This document shows positions 9,301 through 23,587 of a stretch of DNA of 64,000 nucleotides, piece by piece. The notes beneath the pieces are model-generated. The model was given only the letters and a program-made list of their open reading frames with translations, was not told where the DNA came from and did not search any database. The position numbers and the translations under genes were made by a program. Source of the DNA: Azolla caroliniana (lineage: Eukaryota; Plantae; Polypodiophyta); NCBI GenBank assembly GCA_043228905.1, contig JBHGNT010000086.1:32171-96170 (forward strand). Direction: 5' to 3'. The stretch's first letter is position 1; each line of letters opens with the position of its first letter.

Positions 9301-12300
9301 GACAGTCCATATTATGTCTAGAAAACATTTGTATCCAGTTCCTTCCATGATCTAGCACCTAAGTCATCTAGAGAAATTTACGCTTTTTGTATTTGATTTA
9401 TTTTCATAAAATTTCCCTTTTTACTTTGTTTTAGATGTATTCTTGTTTATTATCTTTTTTACTTTTAAGTATGAATTATTTTTGTTTCTCTTTTTTAAAT
9501 AAAACAAATACGACGATAATAGTAAAAGATGAATAAAAGTAGTTAAATCATAAATAGATAGCTAAAACATAACACATTATATAGTTGTAGATATGTATCT
9601 ATTTCTCTCAATCTCTGCATAGCTATGGATAAACGGCTTTAACGCTTCTTTCACCTAGTCTATTCTGTCAAAACTTACTTTCTTTATAATGGAAACCAGC
9701 ACTGGGGGAAACCATAAATAAAGAAAGGAAGAAAGTTAAATAAATTATAATACAACTACAGTAAATAATAGTAAAAGGGATAAACTCATTAAATAAATAG
9801 TAATAATTTTAATAGCAAATATAATTGAAAAAGCTAATGATATTAACAATAATAACAAAGTAAACAAACAACTACATACATGTATCTTACTTTATAAACA
9901 AATAATAACAGTAATAAAATATATGTATCAATAAAAAACAAAAAAACTTAAGCAAATAAAATGATGAAATATGTAGTAATAATAGACTAAATAAATTTAT
10001 ATATTATTCCAGATTATAGGAAAAAGGAAAGTCTAGACATCACATATGATTCCTTAAACATATACACTTTTGTATGTAAATTATTGTTGAACGAAGGTTT
10101 CATTTGACAAGCGATATCTAGGGTTCTATTCAATGGAATTTTTGAATGCGCCTAGAATATTTGTCCTCAAAAGTTATTCTAAGAATTTGAAAGTTATTTT
10201 TATGCATGAAAATATGGTTTCAATCCAACAGATATTCTCTTTTCAATATAATATTTGTCCTCAAATACTTGTTGGTGCTTCATATCATATGATGAGACAC
10301 TCGATTGAAGTGTGAAAGACTCCTCAAAATATGACATACAATAGCAAATTATTGGTGCATAAGAATGTAAAGAATAATGTCTTGTAAAATGTAAAATGTG
10401 AATTGTTTTGTCATGCATATAATAATTTCATGGCTAGTTAATGGAAGTGTGGTTGTTAGGATGTGGGTGTCCAAGGTATTACAATTTGTGTATGGTATGT
10501 AGATAGATATTCAACCTTAAGTTTTATTGACAAATTAATTTGTTTTTATATTCTAACTTCAATGGCTAACATTGCAATAATCAGATGCAAGATTATTACG
10601 TTCTTGTTAATTTGATTTGTAATTGATTGGATACGTAGGTGGCCATGACTCCTTAATGATCATAATAAGAGAACCTTGTGAGCATATACTAAAGTACTAA
10701 ATATCCTTAAATGGAGTAGATATTGTTTTGTATACATGTGGTTCACACCATGAATTGTATCTTCTTCAAAAACTTCTAACACATTTTAATAAATATGTGG
10801 TGAATACATTGAGATCGTGTACCTCTCTACACATTGATGATTGTATGGTCTCGGTTATGCCAAACAATTTTTATAGACACATGGTATATATCATGATATT
10901 ATATTCTTTTATCATCCAAAATGATGGGAAGTACACTCCATGGACATCTTTATCACAGGGACCATGGTGACTGTTTAGCATATGATCTTATCAACTGAAC
11001 ACAACTGGTGATTGTTTGGCATTTGACCTTATCAATTGAGAGTATATAAACTTTATAAGTTGGATCCATATTTATGAATATTGATATTTTTTTGACTTTA
11101 TTTTATGGTTTGAGATTGATTGCAAAATTTTATATTTTGGAGGGCAGACGAGTGACTTTTGAACTTCAAGACAACGATTCATTTTGAAATGGGGCTAATT
11201 GAATTTCCCTATAGGGGCCAACATGCCTCTTATCTTGGAGTGTTACATTTCCATGGGTCACTACCAAGTCATGAGGAGTTGCCTTCCTCAGAGCGCATTA
11301 ATCAAGGGATTGAGAGTTGCATCACTCCCCAATGGCAAAAACTATGACATTTACCCCTCCATTACATGTAACTATGGAAATCTCCAAGGCTTTGTAAATT
11401 AAACTTACAACAACACATCTTATTAGTACACCAATGACAAACTATATTTGTCTTAATTTAAAAGTTAGTTACTAGACAAATATCTTCATCTTCAAATATT
11501 TGTCTAGAGCTAGAGCTTACACCCCTCCTTGGTTACGGCTCTCCAAATATTTGTCTCCTTGTAAATCATATCCGAATCTTCTTATCTAATTTCCACCACA
11601 AAGGCACTAAACTTAAGCTTCTATCTTAAGTATCCAACAGTTTGAGCCAAAAGACTCCTCAATACCACCATACATGCTTTATTTTTTTCCATTTCATGTC
11701 TTTAGTGCTAAATATTTTAATAGTTAATAATTATGTGATTAAGAGATGTTGATTTAAGCTTTAACCCTTTCCTATGTATTTAGTTGTTAGGTTTAGGATT
11801 TGTTTGCTCATTCTAGGTGTTTGCATGTAGGCTTAATAGCAATTTGACACCCTTGCCTACTCCATATTTCCAACAATAGAGTAGAAGTTGTCTATACCCC
11901 ACTGATACCAATGTTAGGTTAGTTTGAACTAATTGGAATGAAGTATAGCAAGAACTAAATCGTCCACATAACATGGCACCGTAAGTATGAAGCACTACAT
12001 AATGCACGAACCTTTGTAATGTTTTGGCCACAATCTTGAATGAAGCTCTTATGGGATGAATGTGTATGAAGACGTGGACCACCCACAATTCGGTATCAAG
12101 ACCCAATAAAGCATCAATGCTTCATGGGATTTTCCTTGACACACAATTCCAATCTAAGAGGAAGGAGTTGATGTTGCAATACAAGAGATAAGTTATGAGA
12201 CCAAATATATATTGCATCGGTAGATCAAAGTTTCTTTCAAAAATTGTTTATGTGGTTGATATCAAAGTATAATTATGAAGAGACTTTGTAATGAATGCAT

Positions 12301-14979
12301 TGCTAGGCCCACAATGTTGGTTTTGTGACAGACAAACCACTACACTACATATTGTGTATGTACATATATATAACAATGCCCAAACCTCCAGAAGCACTAA
12401 ATGTTTCAATGTCTTGTATGATGTATAAGGGCAATGCTTTTAGTTTGCACTTAAGCATCCAATGTTTGTCGTATTATTTCTCTTATGAAGCACCTCTCAT
12501 TTTCTTCTTTTCTCTTTCCAAACAAAATTCCAACCTTTTCCTCCATTGTAAAGTAAAATCCCTCATTTAAAATTTCCCATTTAGATATTATTTGTAGCTT
12601 TAGTATAACTCACCTTTCGCCTAACCTTTTCTCTCCACTCTTTTTCACTTTAAAATGAACAAAATGTCAAGACATCCGTCCAACTAGTTTATAACAAATT
12701 ATTATTCTTATCGCACTCATACGTGAACAATTTGCTTGTATTAGACTCAATTTTGTTGCACATACTGACATATTATCATCTTGCTTCAGAAATATGCTTT
12801 TCTTTTGCACTCTTCTCTAATGTGTACACATGGACATGAGCGTTTATAAAGTGTAAGAATAATTGCAAACCAACTAACGTTAACTTCTATAATTAGAAGA
12901 GCATGATAACTGCCCCAATTTTTTAGCATGGGTGAATAAATAACATATGTAGTTTGAATCTCTCTCTCATACACACACACGCACACATCAAAACAATTTC
13001 CGGCCATGTTATCAATAAGTAAAATCAAATAATTTTTACAATTATGCATATGTGTGTTGAATAAACGTTGGATATCATCAACATATCAAAGTCAACATAT
13101 TGATCTCCTTAAAGAAAGACATGTGCTTGAAAAATCATAACTAACTAACAAAAGACCATGCTAACTAAGGTTTTCTATTTAAAGGTGATGCTTATACAAC
13201 AATATTGTTTTGGCATTTACTTATTAGGAAAATTTGTAATATACATGAAGGTTTAGCCCTATTACCAACAATAGCACTATTGTTGGAATAGTTATTCAGT
13301 CATGTGAAAGATTTTACTGGAACCATTTAATCTCCCAAAAGATAACATCTTTGATTTCCAAGATTAATGACAAGGACCCCATTAAGTGTCTTAGCATGCT
13401 ATCCACCTTCGAAGTTCTAGTATGTCAATGCATCTAAACATGCACACAGTGACGGGGCCATTGTTAACTAGTAATCTTTTATAACTACTTCCAAGAGCAA
13501 GAAAGTGTCTACCATATTCCATTATGTCTCCTTTGTCTTGTGTTCACCATCAAATTCCAATTTGTTCTAATACAATCTTCATGTATTATTTGCTTTTCAC
13601 ATGTGTGCACCTTCAAGTTTTCAACTAGCATGATGTCTTTCATGCTTTCAAACTTCAAAATGTCATCATAAAGTGATCGGTAGGGTGATTCCCCACTCAA
13701 CACAAACATCTAATCTACAAATTGAAAAAATGCCATTTACATACCTTTTAGGTTCCCTCTACTTATTCTCGTCCACATGTAACGTGAATATACACTTTTA
13801 GGCATTACTTTTACTATTTCTCACATATGTCGTCATAATACAATTGTTCCACTAAATCCTATTGTAGCATTTGCAATGTGTGGCTAAGGTCAATTTGCAA
13901 AAACTCTCATTTATAGCTTTGGAAATTTGGACGCATATTGACTAAACCTAGCTAAATTTTGAGATTATGAACCCGACGTGAAGCACTGATGAGGGGGGCA
14001 GAGCAGTAAATTATTTATATGGAATAGAGGTGTGGCTCAAGATGATGAGGGTCTATTAAATGTGTTTGAGGAGTTTCATTTCGAAGATAATTGCGAAGTT
14101 CAAGATAAAGTCCAAGATGATGAGTGTGTGTTAAATGTTGAGTAACACACTGCCACTAGTCAATGTTGAGTCGATGTTGCTAATGTGACAACCCAATGCC
14201 TAGGGGTCCAATTAGTCGTCGTAGCAAAGTGCTTGGAAGACCTAGAAGAATGAACCAAGTCGCAAATCTATATGTTAAACGAGGCCTACACTATTGTATA
14301 TGAAATCGTCATGTAATAGTTCATGTTGAATTGCCTCATTGCCAGCAATGAGTACCCACCTCCTCAAACCAACTCACCCACTCACCAATGAGCATGTTCA
14401 CACAATTATTGTGAAATTTTGCAAAAAGGCAACCACCTACATGGATGTTATGATTCAAGTAGGATCGCACATGAAGGTCATTGAAGCCACCAACATATAG
14501 ATATTAAGTGTGGATGAAGAAAATTGCAAGGTCACAAGAAAAGTAGCGTACAACATGATATTAAGGGGGGATACAATGAGCTCTCCACTAGCATTATTGT
14601 CAAATTTCGCAAGCTAGTCGTGCTCTTGGATAAGATTTGTGTAGAGCTTGTTTTCCAACTAGAACCAAAGTTGGATTTGAATAAAAAGCAAGACCACACT
14701 CAAACTCATATATTGTCTCAATCAAGTTGAGTCATGACCAATGCTACCAACCTTTACGTTGATGGCTAGCAACGTCACAGTCAAAAAAACATGTTGGCAT
14801 ATTGTGACCAAAACACTCAAAAGGTTGGTTTCCACTAAAGCATACAAAAAGTGGAGAGACAGTATTATCTTTGCTAGTTAGTTAGATTGTATCACAATTG
14901 TTGGTGACCTCTCTTATAAATCCAAGTTGTGGTCAACATGGATCACCGGGGAAGTTTATTCTTAAAACCATACTAGCTT

Positions 14980-15516
14980 GATTAGGATATGTCAATGAAA
15001 GAGCTTTCCCAACAATAGGGGGGCATATATGTGAACAAAGCGGTTTGAGCTTAATCCTTGATGTCTAAATACTTTGATTCCTTCTCCTTAAACAGGTGTT
15101 CGAATAAGAGTGCAATATGTGATGTGTGAGTGCATGTGTGAGACATACGATGTGTGATTGCCACTTGGTGTACATGTCCTAACGTATGATTTATGAAAGC
15201 CATGTTTTATCTAACTCAGAACATTGTGTTTGATAATGGATAATGTATTATCCTAGTGGCTTATATCGATTGGTTCATATGTGAGCTTATGGGTTCAACA
15301 CAACATATGACACTTGCAATACTATTTGAATTTATTTTCATATCGTTAAACGAACCGAACCCATTACATATGACACTTGCAACACTATTTGAATTTCTTT
15401 TCATATCATGAAACTATTGCTTCACAAAACATGCATTTGAGATAAGCTTGAGGTGCTTTGTACTCACATTTGTCCTCCTATTGTTGGGAAAGCTCTTTCA
15501 TTGGCATCTCCCAATC
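14980..15516. repeat. Imperfect ~85-bp inverted repeat pair (foldback/MITE-like)
   Basis: CAATGAAAGAGCTTTCCCAACAATAGG at about 14993-15019 recurs as its reverse complement at about 15477-15503, and the similarity extends on both sides. Confidence 0.6.
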
Positions 15517-15920
15517 CACACATTCATCACTCATCCAACAAATTGTTTGGGTGAGCTTGTCTTATAATGGTCATGGATGGTTGAGTGCGTTCTCCTCACA
15601 CAAGCCATGAATCATTGTTGAGATGGGTGTGCCATGTGTGTATAGCTCCTTATTGTGTGGTGGGGAAACCCTTAGCGTTGGTCCTTTAGGAAGGTGTTAA
15701 GAATGATGGGCTCAACCATTATTGTGGCAAAGAGTACAACCATTAGGGGAAGTGAGGGGGAGGGATATAGTTTCTTCCATTTGGCTTGATTGGAGCTCAA
15801 GTAACGTCTCAATAGCATAAACTGCATATAACTCCCATCACTTGAAATTTGGATCCAGTATGTCTACGAGGAATGTTATACAACCTATGTGGTAAATTTC
15901 TAATACCTTTTGCATTTGTG

Positions 15921-16167
15921 GTTATATACATAGGGAGTTCCACCTTGCTTGCCCTCAATGCCTTCAACACCAACTATTTGGTGTGTTGGATTCCTCTTCA
16001 TTTTTCTTGCTTCTTCTTTCCTCTCTCTTGCCTTTCTCGTCAAACTCTTCACTCTTCTTCCTCACTTTCTTGTCTCACTCATTCGTTGATTGTTGTCTCC
16101 CATCTATAACAATGACAAGATTCATGAACAAACTTTTTCCGCCATGTCGCTTTTCCACATTAATTTA
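15921..16167 (+). repeat. Copy 1 of a ~247-bp direct duplication flanking a truncated copia
   Basis: Nearly identical to 18260-18506 (GTTATATACATAGGGAG...CACATTAATTTA). Confidence 0.9.
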
Positions 16168-18259
16168 CTGGCTATAGTCATCGATGAAGGTCACAAAGTA
16201 TTGTCCACCTCGATGTGACGAAGCATCTACATAGCACACATCCGTATGTATTACTTCCAATGGCACTTCTCTTCTCCTTGGTGGTCTAGAGTGGAATGTT
16301 TCTTTGTTCTGCTTTCCGACGAAGCAATTGATACACTTCTCCAGGTGCACTCCCTTTACTTCTGGTAGAAGCCTCTGGTCGGCCAATAGATGCAGTCCCT
16401 TCTCACTCATGTGGCCTAGCCTCTTATGCCATATTTGTCCCACCGAGTCGGCTGCCACATTCACTTCCGACTTGCACAATCGGGCTTGCATCATATACAA
16501 TGTGCCTTCCTTCTAAGCTCGGCCGACTATAAGATTTCCTCAGCAAAACTTCCACTTGCCATTCCAAAAACTACCATTGTAGCCTTCGTCGTCCAATCTT
16601 CCAGTCGATATTGGATTCAATCTGATATCGGGAACATGTCGAACATCCTTCAGAGTTAGCCGACACCTTGTTGACGTCGTCAGGCAAACACTTCCGATTC
16701 CGACTACCTTGCACTCACCATTGTCACCCATCTTTACATAACCATGATCACTGACTATGTAAGTCAAGAAATACGCTCTCGACGGAGTTATGTGGAAGGA
16801 TGCACCAGAGTCGATCACCCAAGTGCATTCTTCGTTCGCAAGGTTTGCACTTGACTGTTCGCAAATGAACAACAATTCTTCATTGCTCGTAGTAATGGCT
16901 GAAGTGCCCTTTTCATCGAGAATCTTCGTAGGTTCGACACCATTACCGACACCTTTGTCCTTCCTCATGTGTCAGCAGTCCTTTTGGAAGTGTCCAAGTT
17001 TTCCACAATAGAAGCACACGAGCTTACCTTTGGACTTCAACCTGGCTTGAGAATTTTCTCTCCTTGGTGGACTTCTTTGCCGGTTCCTCCCTCTACCGAT
17101 GTGTTGAGTCAAATTTAACTCTGACTGGACTAGGACACCCTTGTCCTTCCTTCTCGCTTCCTCATTATGCTTGTCTTCACCGCTTGTAAAGGCAAGTTCT
17201 CTTCTTGACAAGAGGTGTTGAGAGTAACCACCAGGTTCTCCCAGCGATCCGACAATGTGCACATCAACAAGATGGCATGCATGGCATCATCGAGGGGAAA
17301 CTTGGTTGCAGCATGTTGATTTACATACCCCATGAATGTGTTGATGTGTTCGATGATGCTCTCATCGTCTCTGTATTTCAGTCGTACAATCTTTCTCATC
17401 AGTGAGGTTTTATTGAGGGCATTCTTCCTTTCATATAAACCTGACAGCTTCTACCACATCTCGTGAGCATTTGTGTCATTCGCCCCATGTTGATGGACAC
17501 TTACATCGACACACTATCGGATGGTGGCCACCGCCTTTCTGTTAAGAAGTTTCCATTCTGACTCTAATACCCCCGTGGGTATTTCTGCTCTGTCGATCGG
17601 CTCGTATAGGTATTTGACTATGAGAAGGTCCTCCATCTTTATCTTCTAGTTTGCATAGTTCTGAGAGTTTAGAACTATCATTCCCGGGAAGCCACTCACA
17701 CCTCCTTCCATGCTTGCACCTCAAGCTCTGATACCAGTTTGTAGAGAAATGAATCGTCAATCCACAAGGAATGCGTTGAAATACACAAAAGAAAGTGTAC
17801 ACATATTTTACGTGGAAACCCTAAAGCGGGAAAAAACCACAGAGAATAGAGCTTCACTATATAGTGGATATACAATGACGAGATTAGAGTACAACACTCT
17901 CTACACCGAATGTATCAACCGCGCAAGGCTCTTGCGTATGTTGTTATAGAACACAGCCATGGTGCCACTTGCACAGTCTCTCTTCACGTTCTCACTCTTC
18001 TCTATCATTGGCTACAATAGAGGATCACACACTATTCTCGCAACATGCACACAACTTGCCCTAAGTGTATTTATACTTATACCCTGTATGGGCTATTTAC
18101 AAATGTAGTCACTGCTATTGTCATTCCTATTATTATCTAATATTAATTATAGTCTCACTAATCAACTAATTGATCCAATCAGTCAGTTGCTCCCTATCTT
18201 CGATTGTCGGCTCTCTCTGAACAATTGGCTCCTCCCACTAGAGGGACATATTCCTAACA
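16168..18259 (-). mobile_element. Truncated Ty1/copia: 5' LTR 18259-17740, iMet PBS 17736-17725, decayed gag-PR-IN 17711-16168
   Basis: LTR TGTTAGGAAT...TCTCTACA and PBS TGGTATCAGAGC. Motifs CFYCGKLGHFQKDC, WVIDSGAS, WHKRLGHMS and YFVTFIDDYS; breaks off inside integrase. Confidence 0.9.
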
Positions 18260-18506
18260 GTTATATACATAGGGAGTTCCACCTTGTTTGCCCTCAATGC
18301 CTTCAACACCAACTATTTGGTGTGTTGGATTCCTCTTCATTTTTCTTGCTTCTTCTTTCCTCTCTCTTGCCTTTCTCGTCAAACTCTTCACTCTTCTTCC
18401 TCACTTTCTTGTCTCACTCATTCGTTGATTGTTGTCTCCCATCTATAACAATGACAAGCTTCATGAACAAACTTTTTCCCCCATGTCTCTTTTCCACATT
18501 AATTTA
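18260..18506 (+). repeat. Copy 2 of the ~247-bp direct duplication
   Basis: Starts at the base immediately after the copia LTR terminus. Confidence 0.9.
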
Positions 18507-19558
18507 TCGATGTATATTGTTCTTACTTAGTAACTGTTTATTTAAATGAGACAACTATATTTCTTAATTTGTATAACGATTAGATGTATGTTAATTTTAG
18601 ATTACATTCATAGTCATGAAGGCCCAATGAGGGAGGTAAGAGTTTTAATATGTGTTGATGTATTATTTGGTCTTTGTAATTAGAGCTCATTGTTGTCTAG
18701 GTCCAATCTCTCTATTAACCCATTGTGAGGAAGTAGAGCTTGGTAGTAACACTTGGAAGTGCAACATTCAAAGATATGAGTTACGATGGACACTTCGAGG
18801 AAACTCAATATAGTTGTATTGATATTCATGATGATAAGTTTTGGGGGGAATACAATAAGGTGTTAGATAAGTCAAAGTGATAATCATGAAGATTTTTGTG
18901 ATGAATATGAATAAGGGTTTGTGATGATGATGATGATGATGTGGTGTATATAATAATGGTAAAGTGAGTATATAAATTATGATGATGTAGAATATGGTAA
19001 AGTGATTTGGGATGTGTATAATGATGCTATGGGTGAATATTATGTTGATGGCGTAAACATGTATAAAATCCATGTGAATGTAAATTATGAAATTGTAGGG
19101 GTTTAAATGTTGTGATTAAAGATGTTATTAATCAATTTATTTGGGATATGTATAGTGAAGCTAAGGGTGGGTATGATGATAGTGTGAAGGTGCATGTGAA
19201 TGGTGTGATTAAGGTTGAATTAGATGTTGATGTTAATGATGGTGATGATGATGATGATGTGGTTAAGGGTAACCTATCAAGGCTATTGTGATGTTCATGG
19301 GTCTAAAGCCAAATAATTAGTGAAGTCAAACTTGAGAAAACATCTTTCCAAATTATCTTTTGAATTCCAAGGTTTATTTGAAGCAAAATAATGGGATAAA
19401 GGATTGAAAGTTTGACTAATTAAGATCAAACAAGACAATTACAATCACCAAGAATTCTTGATGGTAAGGTGTGATTTAGGAGTTGTTTTGACTGGGCAAA
19501 AATGCAGAGTGAGGAGGAGCATGTACAATGGCAGTTCTCAAAGGTTGAAGTGAAGTTG

Positions 19559-19842
19559 CCAAGGTCAAACTACATCCATTGTGCTTGTTTGCGACAAGAT
19601 TAGTACATCATGGTTTCCTTGTATTAACATGGGTTTGAAAAGGAGGTATTTGATAGTAGTGGTACACTCCAACTAACCAGCAAGGGGACACATTGTGGAA
19701 TCTATCCAAGGTCAAACTACATCCATTATGTGTGTTTGTGATATGATTAGTACATCATGGTTTCCTTGTGTTAACATGGGTTTGTAGGGGAGGTCTTTGA
19801 CAGTAGGGGTACACTCCAACTAACCAACAAGGAGACACACAT
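19559..19842. repeat. Two-copy tandem duplication, ~148-bp unit
   Basis: CCAAGGTCAAACTACATCCATT...GTACACTCCAACTAACCA occurs at 19559 and 19707. Confidence 0.8.
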
Positions 19843-22811
19843 TAAAGGGACGGAGAAGGCTTGCACATTTCTCTATCTTTACTTAGTGATTGTCTAGATC
19901 AACAAGAGACCTCGATGAAACTAGGACCAAAACAGGTTGCTTATTGCTCAAATAAGCAAACTTGTTATTAACACTTAATTAATACATAATTAAAGTGAAG
20001 AGACATGTGTACAACATAACAATGTAAAAATGCACTCATTCATGCCTAATATACATATTTATATAATGGTTCTTGCTACAAGGATGGTGTCTGATTGTTT
20101 GCACTTCAAAATGTATTGCTTGTCGCCTTGTGATTCAATGCGACCCATAATTGGATCCTTAACATTAAACTTAATATTGGTTCTTTGCCACTACTTTGAT
20201 CAAAGGCGCATTTTCATTCCTTAGCTTGAGCTTTCACATCCATGGACACCTTGACCCATGGTAATATTTCCTCCTAAAAAGAAGAATTAGGGAATCAAAT
20301 ATTCATGTATCAAGAATCGAGTGTGTGAGGAACGGATATTAATGTAACTCAAATTAATGCCCTTGAGATTAGGTCGCGAGAGATCAATGCAACATGGAAG
20401 AGAATATAAACATATAAAATTCATGACCATTGACTTATGAATGCATTTGCAGAGGGGGTCAAAGTCATTAATGCCATTGTGGATCCAGAAAATGGAGTAG
20501 AAAATTCAAAAACTCAAGTACATAAGCATGGGTATGGCGAGCCATAAGATATACGCAGAATCTTATGTGCACATAGTATAGACAAGGTTTTGAGAAAGTA
20601 TTTATGAGAAAATGGAGATACCATGCCATCATCTAAGGAACACATTAACAACATTGGCATGCTTGGCATACATGTCGATTTTCATAATTTACTACAAGGT
20701 TGACTTTATTGTTTATTATTTACTAATTACCAAAAGCCATCACCAACACGAGGCATGCACTTATTCAATTCCTCAAGCAACACAACTCTCTAATAAAGGT
20801 TGAATTTACACGTGCTAACCCCATGAAAAGGGAGAGCTTTACCAAATATCATGGTATGGTTGTAGGGACCATTTGGATCCTAGGAGGATGTTAATACATC
20901 ATAGTTCTAGAGAATGGTACTAAATATAGATCACATTTTAAAATAGTCGCAATGTGGATAAAATCACGAAAACACAATCTAGTTTTGAAACATTTCCAAG
21001 GAACATGTTATAATGTGTGAAATTATAATCATAAAAGCGTTGCCTTGAGGTCACACCGATGATCACTTATAGATTCATTATAAGGTTATTGAAATTATAA
21101 ATTAAAAATTTGTAAACATAATCATAGAGTTAAATCTTTTGTTTCCCAAATTTGAGGTTGTGAGTTTTAGGCATGCCAATGGGTAGCGGTATTAATTGTT
21201 CATTACTATAAAAACTCTTCATAATTGCAATTTAATCTTGACGTGAATTTGGTTATGAAAAATGGTTGTGGAACATTCAAAGGAACACATTTTCTACATA
21301 TGAATTGTAGAATTGATAATATTGATAGAAAACACTTCAAATAATCTGTATCCCAAATTCTTAATTCATTTATTTAACACTAAATTAACCATAACGATTT
21401 ATTGGCACTAATTGGTACTTAAGGGTAATTGTTATATTCTCTTCCCAAAATGATCTCGTCCTAAGATAGAATCTACATTCAATAAGTTCAAGTATGTCTT
21501 TCAAGGATTTCACTAAAAAGCTCTTTACAATTTTGACATACACAACTACACGACCTCACACACACAACTACACAAACTTAATCACTTACTCTTGTCATGT
21601 GGAATCATTGTGTCAAGGGTTCAACCAATTGACTAAGGCTCATAACTTGTTATTGGCGTCTATCGTGTTGACAAAAGTTAATATGCATCCAACTATTGTT
21701 TTGGAAGTTAGAGACATTGGTGGCTAATAATCACTTATAATGTAAATACATATACACTTAACTAAGTCAATGACAAAAAAAAGTAGATAATTCTCACTTA
21801 CGTAGTAAATATATATGCACTTAACTAAGTAGTTGACGGACAAAGTGGATGAATATAAAGGTAAGACATTACAAGCTAATTTTAACCTATCTAGATGAAC
21901 ATCGATGTTTATTAAAAGAGATGGATTGATCAACATTTAAATATGTATTGAAATATAACACATCCTCACTTTCGTAGGAATTGTAAAATGTGCATTGGTC
22001 TTGATCAATTGAGAATAAGTATTCTAACCTCTTGGCAATAGAACTTCATAGAATACAAAACAACCATGAAATGCTTTTGTACATGTAATAACGTTAAATT
22101 TCTTCATCAATATGACAAGTTTCCCTTCTAACCATGCAATGAACACAAAAAAAGGGTAAATAAATGACGAAGGATAAGGCTCACGCAAGTACTTTCCTCT
22201 TGATCGAACATGTCATCGGTGAGGATTAATAGAGAATTGTGTGTACACAACACCATACATGTCAGTGATTAGCTCAAAACGTGGGATTGGGTAGTTCACA
22301 CACTTATAATAAATCATTGTCACTATGTTGGTGGGCGGATTCCTACCTAAGTGAATAGAGAGAATATGGAATCACACAAGGGTAGCTCGTCGTTGCATAT
22401 ATAGTGAAACCCGAGTTTTTGTCCAAACCATAGGGGGTCCATAGATATCTAGAGCAAACACCAGTCAAGATAATTGAATGGTAGCAATGCAACTAGCGCT
22501 CGAGACCATTCCTTTGAAACCGACGGCATTTCACGTAGGAAACTTTTTTTTGTTTTGTTTCCGTGTGGTAAGAAGTGTTACAGATACAAGTGACACATAA
22601 TAAGGAAAAGCAAGAGCCCCCTTGCTCTTTTCTCGTGTCTTACTGCTTGCTACCAATGTGAACCCAAGGAGAGGCAAAAAACAATATCTCGAGAAGTCCA
22701 ATCATATCGCGACAATAATCCAATCTTTGTGAAGCTTGGGGTTTTCGAGAGCCAGGAGTTTGTGAGGGAGAGAGTGTGGTGGGCAGAGGATAGGAGGGTG
22801 TGGTGTTTGAG

Positions 22812-22812
<1 letters not shown>

Positions 22813-22874
<62 letters not shown>

Positions 22875-22903
22875 GTGGTAAGAAAGGGATAAGGAGCCAC
22901 ATG

Positions 22904-22950
<47 letters not shown>

Positions 22951-22957
22951 CTGTGTG
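22813..22957. repeat. Compound microsatellites (TG)n(AG)n and (CT)n upstream of GLDP
   Basis: Directly visible dinucleotide runs. Confidence 0.95.
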
Positions 22958-23587
22958 TTGTAGAGAAAAAAAGAAAAGGAAAAAGAAAAGAGGATAACAA
23001 AGCAGAGGAGGAAAATGCAAAATGAGGAGAATTTTTTTCTAAATAAGAAGAAAAGGATTTTTAGGAAAAATAAAAATAAAATTTAAGAACAAAGGAAAGA
23101 AATTCTAAATAGATAACAAAGAAGAGGAGGAAAAATGGGGGAAAAACAAATGGAAATGAAAAAAAAAAACAGTTTTAACTAGGGAAAACAAAAATTTAAA
23201 TGAATAATAAAAAATCAAGCTGACAAAAATAAAATAAAATTGTGGTTTAAATGAGAACCATGAAGTATAACAAGCATATCAGCACCACCCACCTTCCCTT
23301 CACACATCCACCCACAAACAAAAAAGGCTTGGCTTAGCCTAGCCTACCCTAATCCTGCAGTGTAGGGGAGCAAGGGCACCACCATATCTCTCTCCTCCTC
23401 CCTCTGGGTTAGGGGTCTCCATGTACTCTGTTTTTGTTTAGGGTTTCCTTGTATTCTATTTTCCTTTTAGGACTCCCTTGTATCTTTGAGAATTTAGGGT
23501 TTTATTTCTCTCCATTTCCTCATTTGGCTCTTTTTTTTTTTTGTTTATACTCTGTTCAAATTACATTTTCTTTTTCAAAACCCTACA

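Noticed and set aside
22640-23020. ORFs with ERERER/HTHTHT/LSLSLS runs (also around 1663-2156 and 49276-49858)
   Set aside because: These are translations of microsatellites and minisatellites.
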